Below are positions 49,601-56,714 of a DNA stretch of 64,000 nucleotides, one piece after another. The stretch spans positions 1,331 through 65,330 of the forward strand of contig JAFTEW010000042.1 in NCBI GenBank assembly GCA_017453485.1. The letters run 5' to 3'. Each line of letters begins with the position of its first letter. Position 1 is the first letter of the stretch. The position numbers and the translations under genes are program-made. The notes beneath the pieces are model-generated. The model did not search any database, was not told where the DNA came from, and saw only the letters and a list, made by a program, of their open reading frames with translations. Origin of the DNA: Alphaproteobacteria bacterium (GTDB taxonomy: Bacteria > Pseudomonadota > Alphaproteobacteria > CAAHEQ01 > UBA3637).

Positions 49601-50001
49601 GACAATTGCAACCGCCGAAAAATCATTGGTATGACACCGGCGATATCGTATCCGTTGATAATGACGGCTTTATTGCCATCCGGGGACGGGCGAAACGGTT
49701 TGCTAAAATCGCCGGAGAAATGGTATCTTTAACTTCTGTGGAACAAATCGTTGATCAACTTTATCCGGGCTTTATTCAGGGAATTTTAACCGAACCCGAC
49801 GTCAAAAAGGGAGAGCAATTGATTCTGGTGACCAATAACGAAAAAGCCACCGTAGCCGAACTGCGACAATTTTTCCGTGATAACGGATTTAGCGAATTAT
49901 GGATTCCCAAACGAGTGGTTTATTTAAAGCATCCTCCCGTTTTGGGAACCGGTAAGTTTGACTATCAAACAGCAAAAAAGCAGTTAAATGATGAAAAATA
50001 A
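46627..50001 (+). CDS. aas: triple fusion: MFS lysophospholipid transporter (LplT-like) + PlsC-type acyltransferase + acyl-ACP synthetase (Aas-like)
   Basis: 1124 aa. The N-terminal ~410 aa are a 12-TM MFS. The middle has NHTSLLDG (HX4D) and FPEGRIS. The C-terminus has the AMP-binding motif FTSGSEGMPKAV and YDTGD...RAKRFAKIAGEMVS. Confidence 0.85.
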   Translation: MSMSENILKTKRFLPLLLTQFFGALNDNLFKNALLMLVTIRLADKADILSNVIAALFIIPFFLFSATAGEVSDKYDRGRIARILKVTELILMTFVGIIYLTQYLPGLILLLALMGTQSAFFGPVKYALLPQHLKPSELVAGNAYVEASTYMAILIGLIVGTLLPIGGVILLLITLAIMGVISAWQIPVAPPVRPDATIHKNILKSTVTTLSLIYKNKIVFRSILGATWFWMIGAFVVVQIYPLSGNILNAGNTVITLFLILFSVGVACGSLLCGHLMKGMIHTTYIPISTLGMGGCFLVLYALTNQYPTPDATVGLANFWFMPHAVAICLTLFLMAFFGGIYIVPLNALIQAKAPKAYTASIIGGNNIVNSFGMAMISILAVVLLSAGITIPQLFLLIAVASVGVFFYVCRLLPDALLRSILQGIFGLFFRVHLDGIQNFKKAGKRVLLVANHTSLLDGLLIAVFMPERVTFAINTEWAKKWFIKPFGMLVDLYPLDPTNPMAIRSLINEVKADKKVMIFPEGRISVTGGLMKVYEGAGVIAQKANAKILPIRINGAQFSKFSYLKHKLKTRLFPKINMTILKPQQFSIPDGIVGRDGRHYISMQLYDLMADMMYATSNINEHLFRSLLEAADLHGWNHKIAEDISRKPISYRTLIQKAYILGRAYQTDMPHEDYVGLMLPNGLANVVSFFALQSVDKVPVMLNFSQGVSQIISCVNTVRLKTVITSRLFIRVAHLEHLEQALTTNGTRIIYLERFAKNIPFADKIVGYGKYLAQTKPIHSADQTATILFTSGSEGMPKAVLLSHKNLQANRYQITSVMAFNSSDVFFNALPMFHSFGLSVGTVIPILSGVKAFFYPSPLHYRIVPELVYDTNATIICGTDTFFFGYGRMGHPYDFFNLKYAVVGGEKLKEQTADLWMKKFGVRILEGYGATETAPVLALNTPMNIKMGTVGRLLPHIQYKLMTVPGVEDGGQLWVRGDNVMQGYMKADKPGQLQPPKNHWYDTGDIVSVDNDGFIAIRGRAKRFAKIAGEMVSLTSVEQIVDQLYPGFIQGILTEPDVKKGEQLILVTNNEKATVAELRQFFRDNGFSELWIPKRVVYLKHPPVLGTGKFDYQTAKKQLNDEK

Positions 50002-50767
50002 ACTTTTACCCTATTCGGCTCAAATAGAGCCGGTCATCGGGACTGATGTAAAATCATTGAATGATTTAGAAACATTTTATCGGAATGTTTATCTGGATTG
50101 CTTTACCAATAAGGATGAACGGGAAAGTTTAAATAATTTGTTTTTTTATTTAAAAAGAAGCACCAAAACCCGTCTATGGAAATACCATATTATTTTAATC
50201 AAGGATAACACGGGGTCTATCTTGGGTGGTGCCATTTTTGATTATTTCAAAAAATCAAATACCGGAATGGTTGAATTTGTTGCCATCCGAAAAGATTACC
50301 AACATTTGGGGCTTGGCTCTTTTTTGTATCGAGCTATTTTAAGGTATCTGATTGCCGATGCCCGACAAAACCATCTGACAAAACCGGCCTATGTTTTTTG
50401 TGAGGTAGAAATTCCGGCAACCCGTGGTCGGTATAAAAAGAATATCCTTTTTTGGAATCACCACCGCTTTCGGCACCTAAATTTTCAATATATCCAACCA
50501 AACTTATCTCCGGGGCAAAAAGCCCTGAATAACCTATGGCTAATGATGCGTGGCACCGATACATCCGTGCCGGGGCAATTGATTTTAAACGTTTTATCAG
50601 ACTACCTAAAATACGGTATGAATATCCCCAAACCGACACAAAACCCCCACTACCGCAAAATGAGGCAAGAAATTACCCGCATGGGAAATGTGTCAACATC
50701 AACGCTGTCAGAATCGACACGACCATCCGGTAAACATCGACTTACTTCAAAAAATACTCAATCGTAG
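49988..50767 (+). CDS. GNAT-family N-acetyltransferase-like protein
   Basis: 259 aa. The motif-A-like segment is VEFVAIRKDYQHLGLGSFLYRAIL. It overlaps the aas-like stop by 14 nt. Confidence 0.55.
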   Translation: MMKNKLLPYSAQIEPVIGTDVKSLNDLETFYRNVYLDCFTNKDERESLNNLFFYLKRSTKTRLWKYHIILIKDNTGSILGGAIFDYFKKSNTGMVEFVAIRKDYQHLGLGSFLYRAILRYLIADARQNHLTKPAYVFCEVEIPATRGRYKKNILFWNHHRFRHLNFQYIQPNLSPGQKALNNLWLMMRGTDTSVPGQLILNVLSDYLKYGMNIPKPTQNPHYRKMRQEITRMGNVSTSTLSESTRPSGKHRLTSKNTQS

Positions 50768-51473
50768 AAACAACGCGCACTTTTTTGTTAATTTGTTCGG
50801 ATTCGTTTTGATCAACTGTTTGTTCACGAGCCGTAATGGAAAACACGCCCTGATTGGCTCGACGAATATTTCCAACCCGTGATCCCGAATTTTTGGCAAA
50901 TTCTTCGGCGGCCATACGGGCATTGAGTGTAGCTTCCTTTAACATGGTCGGTTTGATATCATTCAATTTTGTGTAAGCATAAGCTACATTATTCCCATAA
51001 GGATTAAAGGTGACACCTTGCGAAACCAATTCACCGATATCGGGATATGATTTTTGGACCAAATGCACCTGACTTGTGCGCACCATCATTGTTTGGTTAA
51101 GGGTATATCTAGCCGAAATGGTTGATTTATCCCGATACGAATCGGCATAGGCATCCTGCATGGTCAGTCCCTGGACTAAAATTTCATCAGGTTTAAAACC
51201 GGCTTTCAATAAAAATTGAGTAATCAGATCCTGTTGATTTTCAATTTGTTTTTTTGCCAGAAATAAATCATTATCGGCCGATTGGAAGCGAATGGTCCAC
51301 AGGGCCAAATCCGACACAACGTCTTGTTCGGCCAATCCTTTCACCGTTACGGTCCGATCATCCATTTTTGTATGATAATAATAAAATCCCGGAAAGAAAC
51401 CGGCCAGTAATAAACCTAATCCGATAACACATGATGAAATCACAATATTTTTTTGCATACTTTTTCCTTTCAT
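50742..51473 (-). CDS. SIMPL-domain (DUF541) periplasmic protein
   Basis: I chose the start at MKGKSMQKN (ATGA overlap with the upstream stop). It has an N-terminal TM/signal. The layout VTVKGLAEQDV...WTIRF...VSTIEYFL is SIMPL-like. Confidence 0.7.
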   Translation of the reverse strand: MKGKSMQKNIVISSCVIGLGLLLAGFFPGFYYYHTKMDDRTVTVKGLAEQDVVSDLALWTIRFQSADNDLFLAKKQIENQQDLITQFLLKAGFKPDEILVQGLTMQDAYADSYRDKSTISARYTLNQTMMVRTSQVHLVQKSYPDIGELVSQGVTFNPYGNNVAYAYTKLNDIKPTMLKEATLNARMAAEEFAKNSGSRVGNIRRANQGVFSITAREQTVDQNESEQINKKVRVVSTIEYFLK

Positions 51474-51934
51474 TTCAATTTCGGTTTTTGTGGAATTAAC
51501 GGAAGACCTGCTTCCGATTGATAATCCGGAGTTGGTTTCCAAGTCTGATTGCGCCCAAAGAACGCTATTTTTCCCCGAACAACTAAGTTTTCACCGTCGC
51601 GCCAAATTTCACAACCGTAAACTTTACCCTTTTTCGGATCTAAAATTTCACCGCCCGAGTAATGTTTTCCATCCGGTTCTAAGTCCCAAATAATATCCAA
51701 CCCAATAATGGCTGGAGAATTCGGCAGATTGGCCTTTGCCTCTTTATTTTTGAGCAAATCAACGATTCGGCCATAATATTTTCCTCGATACTCATAGATT
51801 TGGACGATACTTTTTGCTTCATTTGTTTCATCATCAATCGTGGTCCAAAACCCTTCTATGTCGGCTGCCGCCCAAGACGAAGCGGCCCAAAATACAAATG
51901 TCAATATAGCGGTCAATATATTTATTTTTTTCAT
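51470..51934 (-). CDS. DUF2147-domain secreted protein
   Basis: 154 aa with a signal peptide. GFWTTIDDETNEAKSIVQIYEY.GKYYGRIV...DPKKGKVYGCEIW matches the DUF2147 pattern. Confidence 0.7.
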   Translation of the reverse strand: MKKINILTAILTFVFWAASSWAAADIEGFWTTIDDETNEAKSIVQIYEYRGKYYGRIVDLLKNKEAKANLPNSPAIIGLDIIWDLEPDGKHYSGGEILDPKKGKVYGCEIWRDGENLVVRGKIAFFGRNQTWKPTPDYQSEAGLPLIPQKPKLK

Positions 51935-52114
51935 AGCAAACTCCCTTTTGTATTCTTGATATGCTAATCCAAAATCTCTTTAAAATCAAGATATTTTATA
52001 ACAAATTGAAAAACAATACTTTTTCGATAATACGCTTTTTTTTATCACTTTCTTTGTTTTTTTACTTGCTTTTTCCAAAAAAATATGGCATAAATACATC
52101 CACGCAGCAAGATT

Positions 52115-52189
52115 GCGGGTGTAGCTCAGGGGTAGAGCGCGACCTTGCCAAGGTCGATGTCGAGGGTTCAAATCCCTTCGCCCGCTCCA
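52115..52189 (+). tRNA. tRNA-Gly (anticodon GCC), CCA encoded
   Basis: Acceptor GCGGGTG/CGCCCGC, anticodon stem CGACC/GGTCG with loop TTGCCAA, T-arm GAGGG-TTCAAAT-CCCTT, then T plus CCA. Confidence 0.92.
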
Positions 52190-52199
52190 ATTTCAATTT

Positions 52200-52226
52200 A
52201 AGTCCTTGATTTTCAAGGACTTTTTT
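52200..52226 (+). terminator. intrinsic terminator after tRNA-Gly
   Basis: 10-bp stem AAGTCCTTGA/TCAAGGACTT with a 3-nt loop, followed by TTTT. Confidence 0.6.
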
Positions 52227-52397
52227 GCGCTTAAAATGAGGGAGCCCTCTTGTCCAGTGCACCCACCAGTGGTTCATATAGAAACAGGTTTTAATCATCC
52301 TGATGAACAAACACTTTTAACCGAGAGGACACCGTGCACAAGCAGACAAATTATCCATATTTCACCAGAAGACAAAATGGTTTTCATACCCCGATGA

Positions 52398-54572
52398 TTA
52401 TTTTAAAACACACTTTCCGCCAGTTATTTGCCGTGGCGTATTTGTCGAATCACACTTGGCACAATCCGTAGTTGAAGCTTCATATGCCATCGCATCCGAA
52501 CAGGGCAAACATACCCAATCGCCGTAATCATCTTTTCCTTTAAAATAGCCATTGGGACATCCGCCGGACAAAGAGCATTTATTCCCGACCATAGTGCGCT
52601 TATAGGGTGTGCTGTCACATTTGGCACATTCCTCGGCCGATGTTTCTTTGGCCGCCGTATTTGAGCAAATTGTGCAGTTCCCGTTGGCATTTTGGAACCA
52701 GCCCTCCGAACAAATCGGATTACAATAATTACCGGAAACTTTTCGCGGATTATCCGTCAAAGCACATTTGTTACATTGTTCTGCCGTCGCGGCATAGCGC
52801 ATCCGATCCGAACAAGCGTGACACTCCCCGCTTGTATCCTGAAAATAGCCGGTCGGACAAATTTTTAAAACACAATATTTTCCATTCATACCACGCGGAT
52901 AATCGGTTGAATCGCATTTAGCACATTCTGCCTCTGTGACAGGCGTGCGCTTATTCGCATCCGAACAGGTGCGACACTCCCCGCTTGTATCTTGAAAATA
53001 GCCGGTCGGACAAGCGGACGGGAAACACTTGTCTCCAAATATTTTTCGGGAGTTATCCGTATCATCGCAGGCCGAACAGGCGGCGGCCGTTGAAACATAG
53101 CCGTCCTTATCCGAACAACTGCGACAAACCATATAATCCGTTTGGAAAAATTGCCCGTTTGCACAAAGTCCGCAATAAAGAGTTCCTTTATCACTTCCCA
53201 AAATACGGGGTGTATTCGTCTGATCACACTTGGCACATTCGGTTTCATCATAGGGCTCATAGCGGCCGATCTGAGAGCAAGAGATACATGTCCCGTTTTT
53301 GCCCCGGAAAGAGCCCGAGGAGCAGGTATCTAAAACACAACTGTTCCCTTCCATTTTGCGTGACGGATCAGAACATTTGGCACATTCCTCCGCCGTCGTT
53401 TGATATCCCGTCATATCCGAACAAGAGCGGCAATTACCGTCCGCATCATAGAACTGTCCCGACGGACAGGAAGCGGGTTTACAGAATTGGCCGAAAACCT
53501 TGCGAGAGGAACCGGTATCGGCACACTTGGCACATTCGTCGGCCGAGGCACGATAACTATCCTGTGCGGAACATTCCCGACACAAACCTTTTGAATCCTG
53601 AAACCAGCCGCCATGACATCCCCCAAGGGTGCAATAATTCCCGTCCATATACCTGTGATAGGGTGTGCTGTCACATTTGGCACATTCTTCGGCCGATGTT
53701 TCTTTCGCCGCCGTATTTGAACAAATTGTGCAGTTCCCGTTGGCATTTTGGAACCAGCCGTCCGGACAAATTAAATCACAATAAGCCCCGTTCATTTTTC
53801 GAGGATTCCCTGTGGAATCGCATTTTTGGCACTCCTCGGCGGATGCCGTATATCTGTATATATCCGAACAGGAAACACATTGTCCCGCCGCATTCAAAAA
53901 GTATTTTGACGGACAATTGCATGTATTTCCCACACAAACATAACCGTCTGAACATTGGCTGTCCGACAGGCAACAATTTGTCGGCTCCGCACATTCATTT
54001 CCGTTATCCGGACAACATTCTGTCACGGTACCGTTGCAATTATGAATGGGGATGACTTCGCTTCGACAAGAGGGTTCTTTTGTCCCCGAATCAGAGCCAT
54101 GTTTTTCACCAGCCTCGGCCCCACCCGTCGATCCGCCGGAAAAAGCCGAAACATATAACATATCATAAAAACGAAATAAAATATTGTTTTCATCCGAATC
54201 ACAACGACCGTTCACGACACCGTTTACGGTTATTTTCTTGGGTAAGGACCAACTGGCAGACATAACTTTTTCACAAACCCCTTTGGGGACATCAAATACC
54301 GTCAGGGAAAAGGTGCGATCATTATTTTGAACCGCCAAAAACGGATAGTCCATCAGATTATGCGTCCGAAATTCCGTTAAATCCAACTGGCGACCTGATC
54401 CGATTTGAACATGTGCCGTTGTCACCATCATATGCACACTGTGCAACAATTCATTGGCTCTATGCTTATCCAAGGCATAACGATAGCCCAAAACTCCGCC
54501 CAGACTTAATAATCCGACAATGGCCAGCACCCCAAGCATTTCGACCATACTGCGACCCGAATCGTTCCGCAT
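52398..54572 (-). CDS. prepilin-type (class III signal) N-terminus fused to a ~130-aa head domain, a G/S/acidic linker and ten tandem 6-Cys modules
   Basis: 724 aa. MRNDSG|RSMVEMLGVLAIVGLLSLGGVLGY has a short basic leader, a Gly, a Glu at +5 and a ~20-aa hydrophobic helix. Residues ~220-724 are ten ~50-aa repeats of the form CPxG[WYF]F...C..CS...EC.KCD...R..G..C. Confidence 0.75.
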   Translation of the reverse strand: MRNDSGRSMVEMLGVLAIVGLLSLGGVLGYRYALDKHRANELLHSVHMMVTTAHVQIGSGRQLDLTEFRTHNLMDYPFLAVQNNDRTFSLTVFDVPKGVCEKVMSASWSLPKKITVNGVVNGRCDSDENNILFRFYDMLYVSAFSGGSTGGAEAGEKHGSDSGTKEPSCRSEVIPIHNCNGTVTECCPDNGNECAEPTNCCLSDSQCSDGYVCVGNTCNCPSKYFLNAAGQCVSCSDIYRYTASAEECQKCDSTGNPRKMNGAYCDLICPDGWFQNANGNCTICSNTAAKETSAEECAKCDSTPYHRYMDGNYCTLGGCHGGWFQDSKGLCRECSAQDSYRASADECAKCADTGSSRKVFGQFCKPASCPSGQFYDADGNCRSCSDMTGYQTTAEECAKCSDPSRKMEGNSCVLDTCSSGSFRGKNGTCISCSQIGRYEPYDETECAKCDQTNTPRILGSDKGTLYCGLCANGQFFQTDYMVCRSCSDKDGYVSTAAACSACDDTDNSRKIFGDKCFPSACPTGYFQDTSGECRTCSDANKRTPVTEAECAKCDSTDYPRGMNGKYCVLKICPTGYFQDTSGECHACSDRMRYAATAEQCNKCALTDNPRKVSGNYCNPICSEGWFQNANGNCTICSNTAAKETSAEECAKCDSTPYKRTMVGNKCSLSGGCPNGYFKGKDDYGDWVCLPCSDAMAYEASTTDCAKCDSTNTPRQITGGKCVLK
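52401..53915 (-). repeat. ten tandem ~150-nt coding repeats (6-Cys modules) inside the pilin-like gene, with two ~96% identical 114-nt copies
   Basis: 52602..52715 and 53658..53771 differ at 5 of 114 positions (offset 1056 nt). 52821..52860 and 52974..53013 differ at 1 of 40 positions (offset 153 nt). Confidence 0.8.
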
Positions 54573-54607
54573 CGACTAATCCCTTCCGTTTTTGATTGTG
54601 TTCTTTT

Positions 54608-54635
54608 ATTTTAAGCAAATATTTTTGAAAGTCAA
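54608..54635 (-). promoter_or_regulatory. sigma70-like promoter for the pilin-like Cys-repeat gene
   Basis: Minus strand: TTGACT, 16 nt, TAAAAT, placed immediately after the APH stop. The RBS GGAAGGGA precedes the ATG at 54572. Confidence 0.5.
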
Positions 54636-54638
54636 TCT

Positions 54639-55526
54639 TTAAATCGTATATTTTTGTTTTTCGGCGGCAGCCATTTTTAAAACAGCGGGCGGAATAACAA
54701 TTTCAGGATGGGAATGTTGCATATATTCCACATACTTATATTCAACATATTTGAACAAATCAACAATCTGACGAATTTTTTCTCGGTCACATAATTTGTG
54801 ATTTTGTGCTTGATAAGCCTCTATCAGAGCCTCCCCCCATTCCGAATCGGACCGTCCGACAAATCGGCCGATATCAGCATGCGGATCAGAAACAGAAACA
54901 AAGGAAAAATCGATAATACCACTGACCCGATAATCATCCCCAACCAAAATATTTCCCGGATTAAAATCTCCGTGAACGATACACGGCTTTTTCATTTGTT
55001 GTTCCAAAACAACCAAATTATGGTGGTAATCCAAATCATATTGTCCCTGATGGACCGTCGCCAAACCACTTAAAAAGTCATTCAAACTTTCCGTGACGGC
55101 CGTCGGTAATGTTTCGATCGGCAAATGATGCAATTCTGACAGAAACAGCGCCATATCAGCCACAATCTGTTCCCGATCAACATCGGTTGCCGCGTCCATT
55201 ACCTGCGTCAAAGCCCGACCGGGAATTTTATAATGCATGGAAAACGGTCTGTTTTGATGACTCATCAGATGCATATCCGGAATGCGTATCGTTGTTTTTC
55301 CTTGCAAGCATTGACAAATTGTGCAATCTTTAACCATCATTTCGGCAAAGAATAAATTCCTGGGAAACCGAAAAATATAATCATGCAATTCCCCATGAAC
55401 ATCAATGGTAATATTTGTCCATCCCGTTGGAATGATTTGGGCTCCGATAACCGAATCATTCTTCCCGATTGTTTCATAAATAATTTGCTTTAATTCAGTT
55501 TCATTCGGTTCAAAAAATTGGTACAT
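54639..55526 (-). CDS. APH/choline-kinase-fold phosphotransferase
   Basis: 295 aa. The catalytic loop is IVHGDFNPGNILV and the metal-binding segment is GIIDFSFVSVSDPHADIG. Confidence 0.8.
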   Translation of the reverse strand: MYQFFEPNETELKQIIYETIGKNDSVIGAQIIPTGWTNITIDVHGELHDYIFRFPRNLFFAEMMVKDCTICQCLQGKTTIRIPDMHLMSHQNRPFSMHYKIPGRALTQVMDAATDVDREQIVADMALFLSELHHLPIETLPTAVTESLNDFLSGLATVHQGQYDLDYHHNLVVLEQQMKKPCIVHGDFNPGNILVGDDYRVSGIIDFSFVSVSDPHADIGRFVGRSDSEWGEALIEAYQAQNHKLCDREKIRQIVDLFKYVEYKYVEYMQHSHPEIVIPPAVLKMAAAEKQKYTI

Positions 55527-56357
55527 TTAAAAAACTCCAAATTGTTTCATCCAATATTTCTTCGCTTTTAAAATAGGTTTCGGATTCTTCACACGATTAT
55601 TGTGGCGATATTTTTCCAGAAAACGAGGGACACTCCTATTCCGGAAAGATGTTTGCTTTATCGGATGAGTCTGATAATGCGTCCACAACCAAATCCGATC
55701 CGATTTTTCAAAGAAATCAGCCTGCACCAAAGCCTTTAAAGATGGGGCCAAAGCATTAAAAAAGTAATCCGACGACGTCGGTTTAACATATCGTCCCGTT
55801 TGGATTTGCCGACGACGAATAAAAGCATCAGATACTTTTTTAGGAACGCATAAAACATGCATATAAACGCGATAACCGTAGTGTTTAGCCAACATCATCA
55901 GATATAAATCTATTTCGGGCTCCAATAATGTCATATCCAACACCAAATTGATTCGGGAACGAACACAATATTGATAAAATAAAACCAAAGCCCTTAATGC
56001 AAAACCGTTTGTGTTTTCCCGCATTTTATCCGGTTCGGTTTGCTGCCAAAAAGTATATTTCGGATGGAAGGGGGCAAAGGCACCAACATTGATTTTTAAA
56101 TAAGGAATACCCAATAATGCTTCTTGAACAGCCGGTGTTAACTGGGATGATTTCCCGCTACCGGATTGACCCGCCATCCGAAAAAGAAATGGATGTTCCG
56201 ACGATAACTTGTCCGTCCGGAAATACCGAATAATATCATCCATCGGAATACGGTTTAGCAATTCATCTTCACACGGGAAAATCCGCTGGATAGCGGCAAA
56301 GGCCCGCCGTTCAAGTTCTTGAATTCCCGCAACTGACATATCATTCTGTTCCGACAT
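55527..56357 (-). CDS. zeta-toxin-like P-loop kinase
   Basis: 276 aa with P-loop MAGQSGSGKSS. The downstream VGAFAPFHPKY and INLVLDMTLL follow the zeta-toxin (PF06414-like) order of motifs. Its stop directly abuts the APH ATG. Confidence 0.55.
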   Translation of the reverse strand: MSEQNDMSVAGIQELERRAFAAIQRIFPCEDELLNRIPMDDIIRYFRTDKLSSEHPFLFRMAGQSGSGKSSQLTPAVQEALLGIPYLKINVGAFAPFHPKYTFWQQTEPDKMRENTNGFALRALVLFYQYCVRSRINLVLDMTLLEPEIDLYLMMLAKHYGYRVYMHVLCVPKKVSDAFIRRRQIQTGRYVKPTSSDYFFNALAPSLKALVQADFFEKSDRIWLWTHYQTHPIKQTSFRNRSVPRFLEKYRHNNRVKNPKPILKAKKYWMKQFGVF

Positions 56358-56443
56358 AATGTTCCAATTTATAGGAAATAATTGTGAAAGTCAATTGAAT
56401 AAAGCCGAATTTGCTCCTATTTACAAAGTCGGAGGAAAAAAAT

Positions 56444-56566
56444 ATGCGATATTTAATTTATTTTATGATTTTTTTGGCGGTATCAGCCTTCGTCCTGTTG
56501 GGCCCATGGCGTCATGCCATACCGGAAAACAGCGATGGGACCTATGTTTTGGCCGTTCAAAAATAA
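56444..56566 (+). CDS. candidate small hydrophobic peptide (40 aa)
   Basis: It is below the ORF-track size cutoff. ATG at 56444 lies 8 nt after GGAGG. The sequence is MRYLIYFMIFLAVSAFVLLGPWRHAIPENSDGTYVLAVQK, with a TAA stop at 56564..56566. Confidence 0.3.
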   Translation: MRYLIYFMIFLAVSAFVLLGPWRHAIPENSDGTYVLAVQK

Positions 56567-56626
56567 AAGAAAAAAACACACATAAACAAAAAAAGACATT
56601 TTTTTCAAAAAAAAGTAAAAAAACAC

Positions 56627-56654
56627 TTGACCGATTGAAAAAAAGGTGTATTCT
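56627..56654 (+). promoter_or_regulatory. candidate sigma70-like promoter for the VirB2-like gene
   Basis: TTGACC, 16 nt, TATTCT. Confidence 0.4.
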
Positions 56655-56714
56655 GAAAGTAAGGATAGAGGGAACTCTTCTATCTGAAACTAAAAAAAAA
56701 GAAAGGAAAATAAT

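Noticed and set aside
52602-53771. I considered whether the two near-identical 114-nt repeats in the Cys-repeat gene are a template/variable repeat pair of a diversity-generating retroelement.
   Set aside because: No reverse transcriptase ORF is present in the window. Both copies are coding units of the same tandem array. The 5 mismatches (C/T, G/C, G/A, C/G, A/G) are not adenine-specific.
52985-54055. A 356-aa plus-strand ORF, and several 60-110-aa ORFs, lie antisense to the Cys-repeat gene.
   Set aside because: They lie entirely within, and antisense to, a gene with a strong periodic protein signal. Their translations are low-complexity (R/H/P/N-rich) with no start context. They are typical shadow ORFs of a repeat-rich gene.
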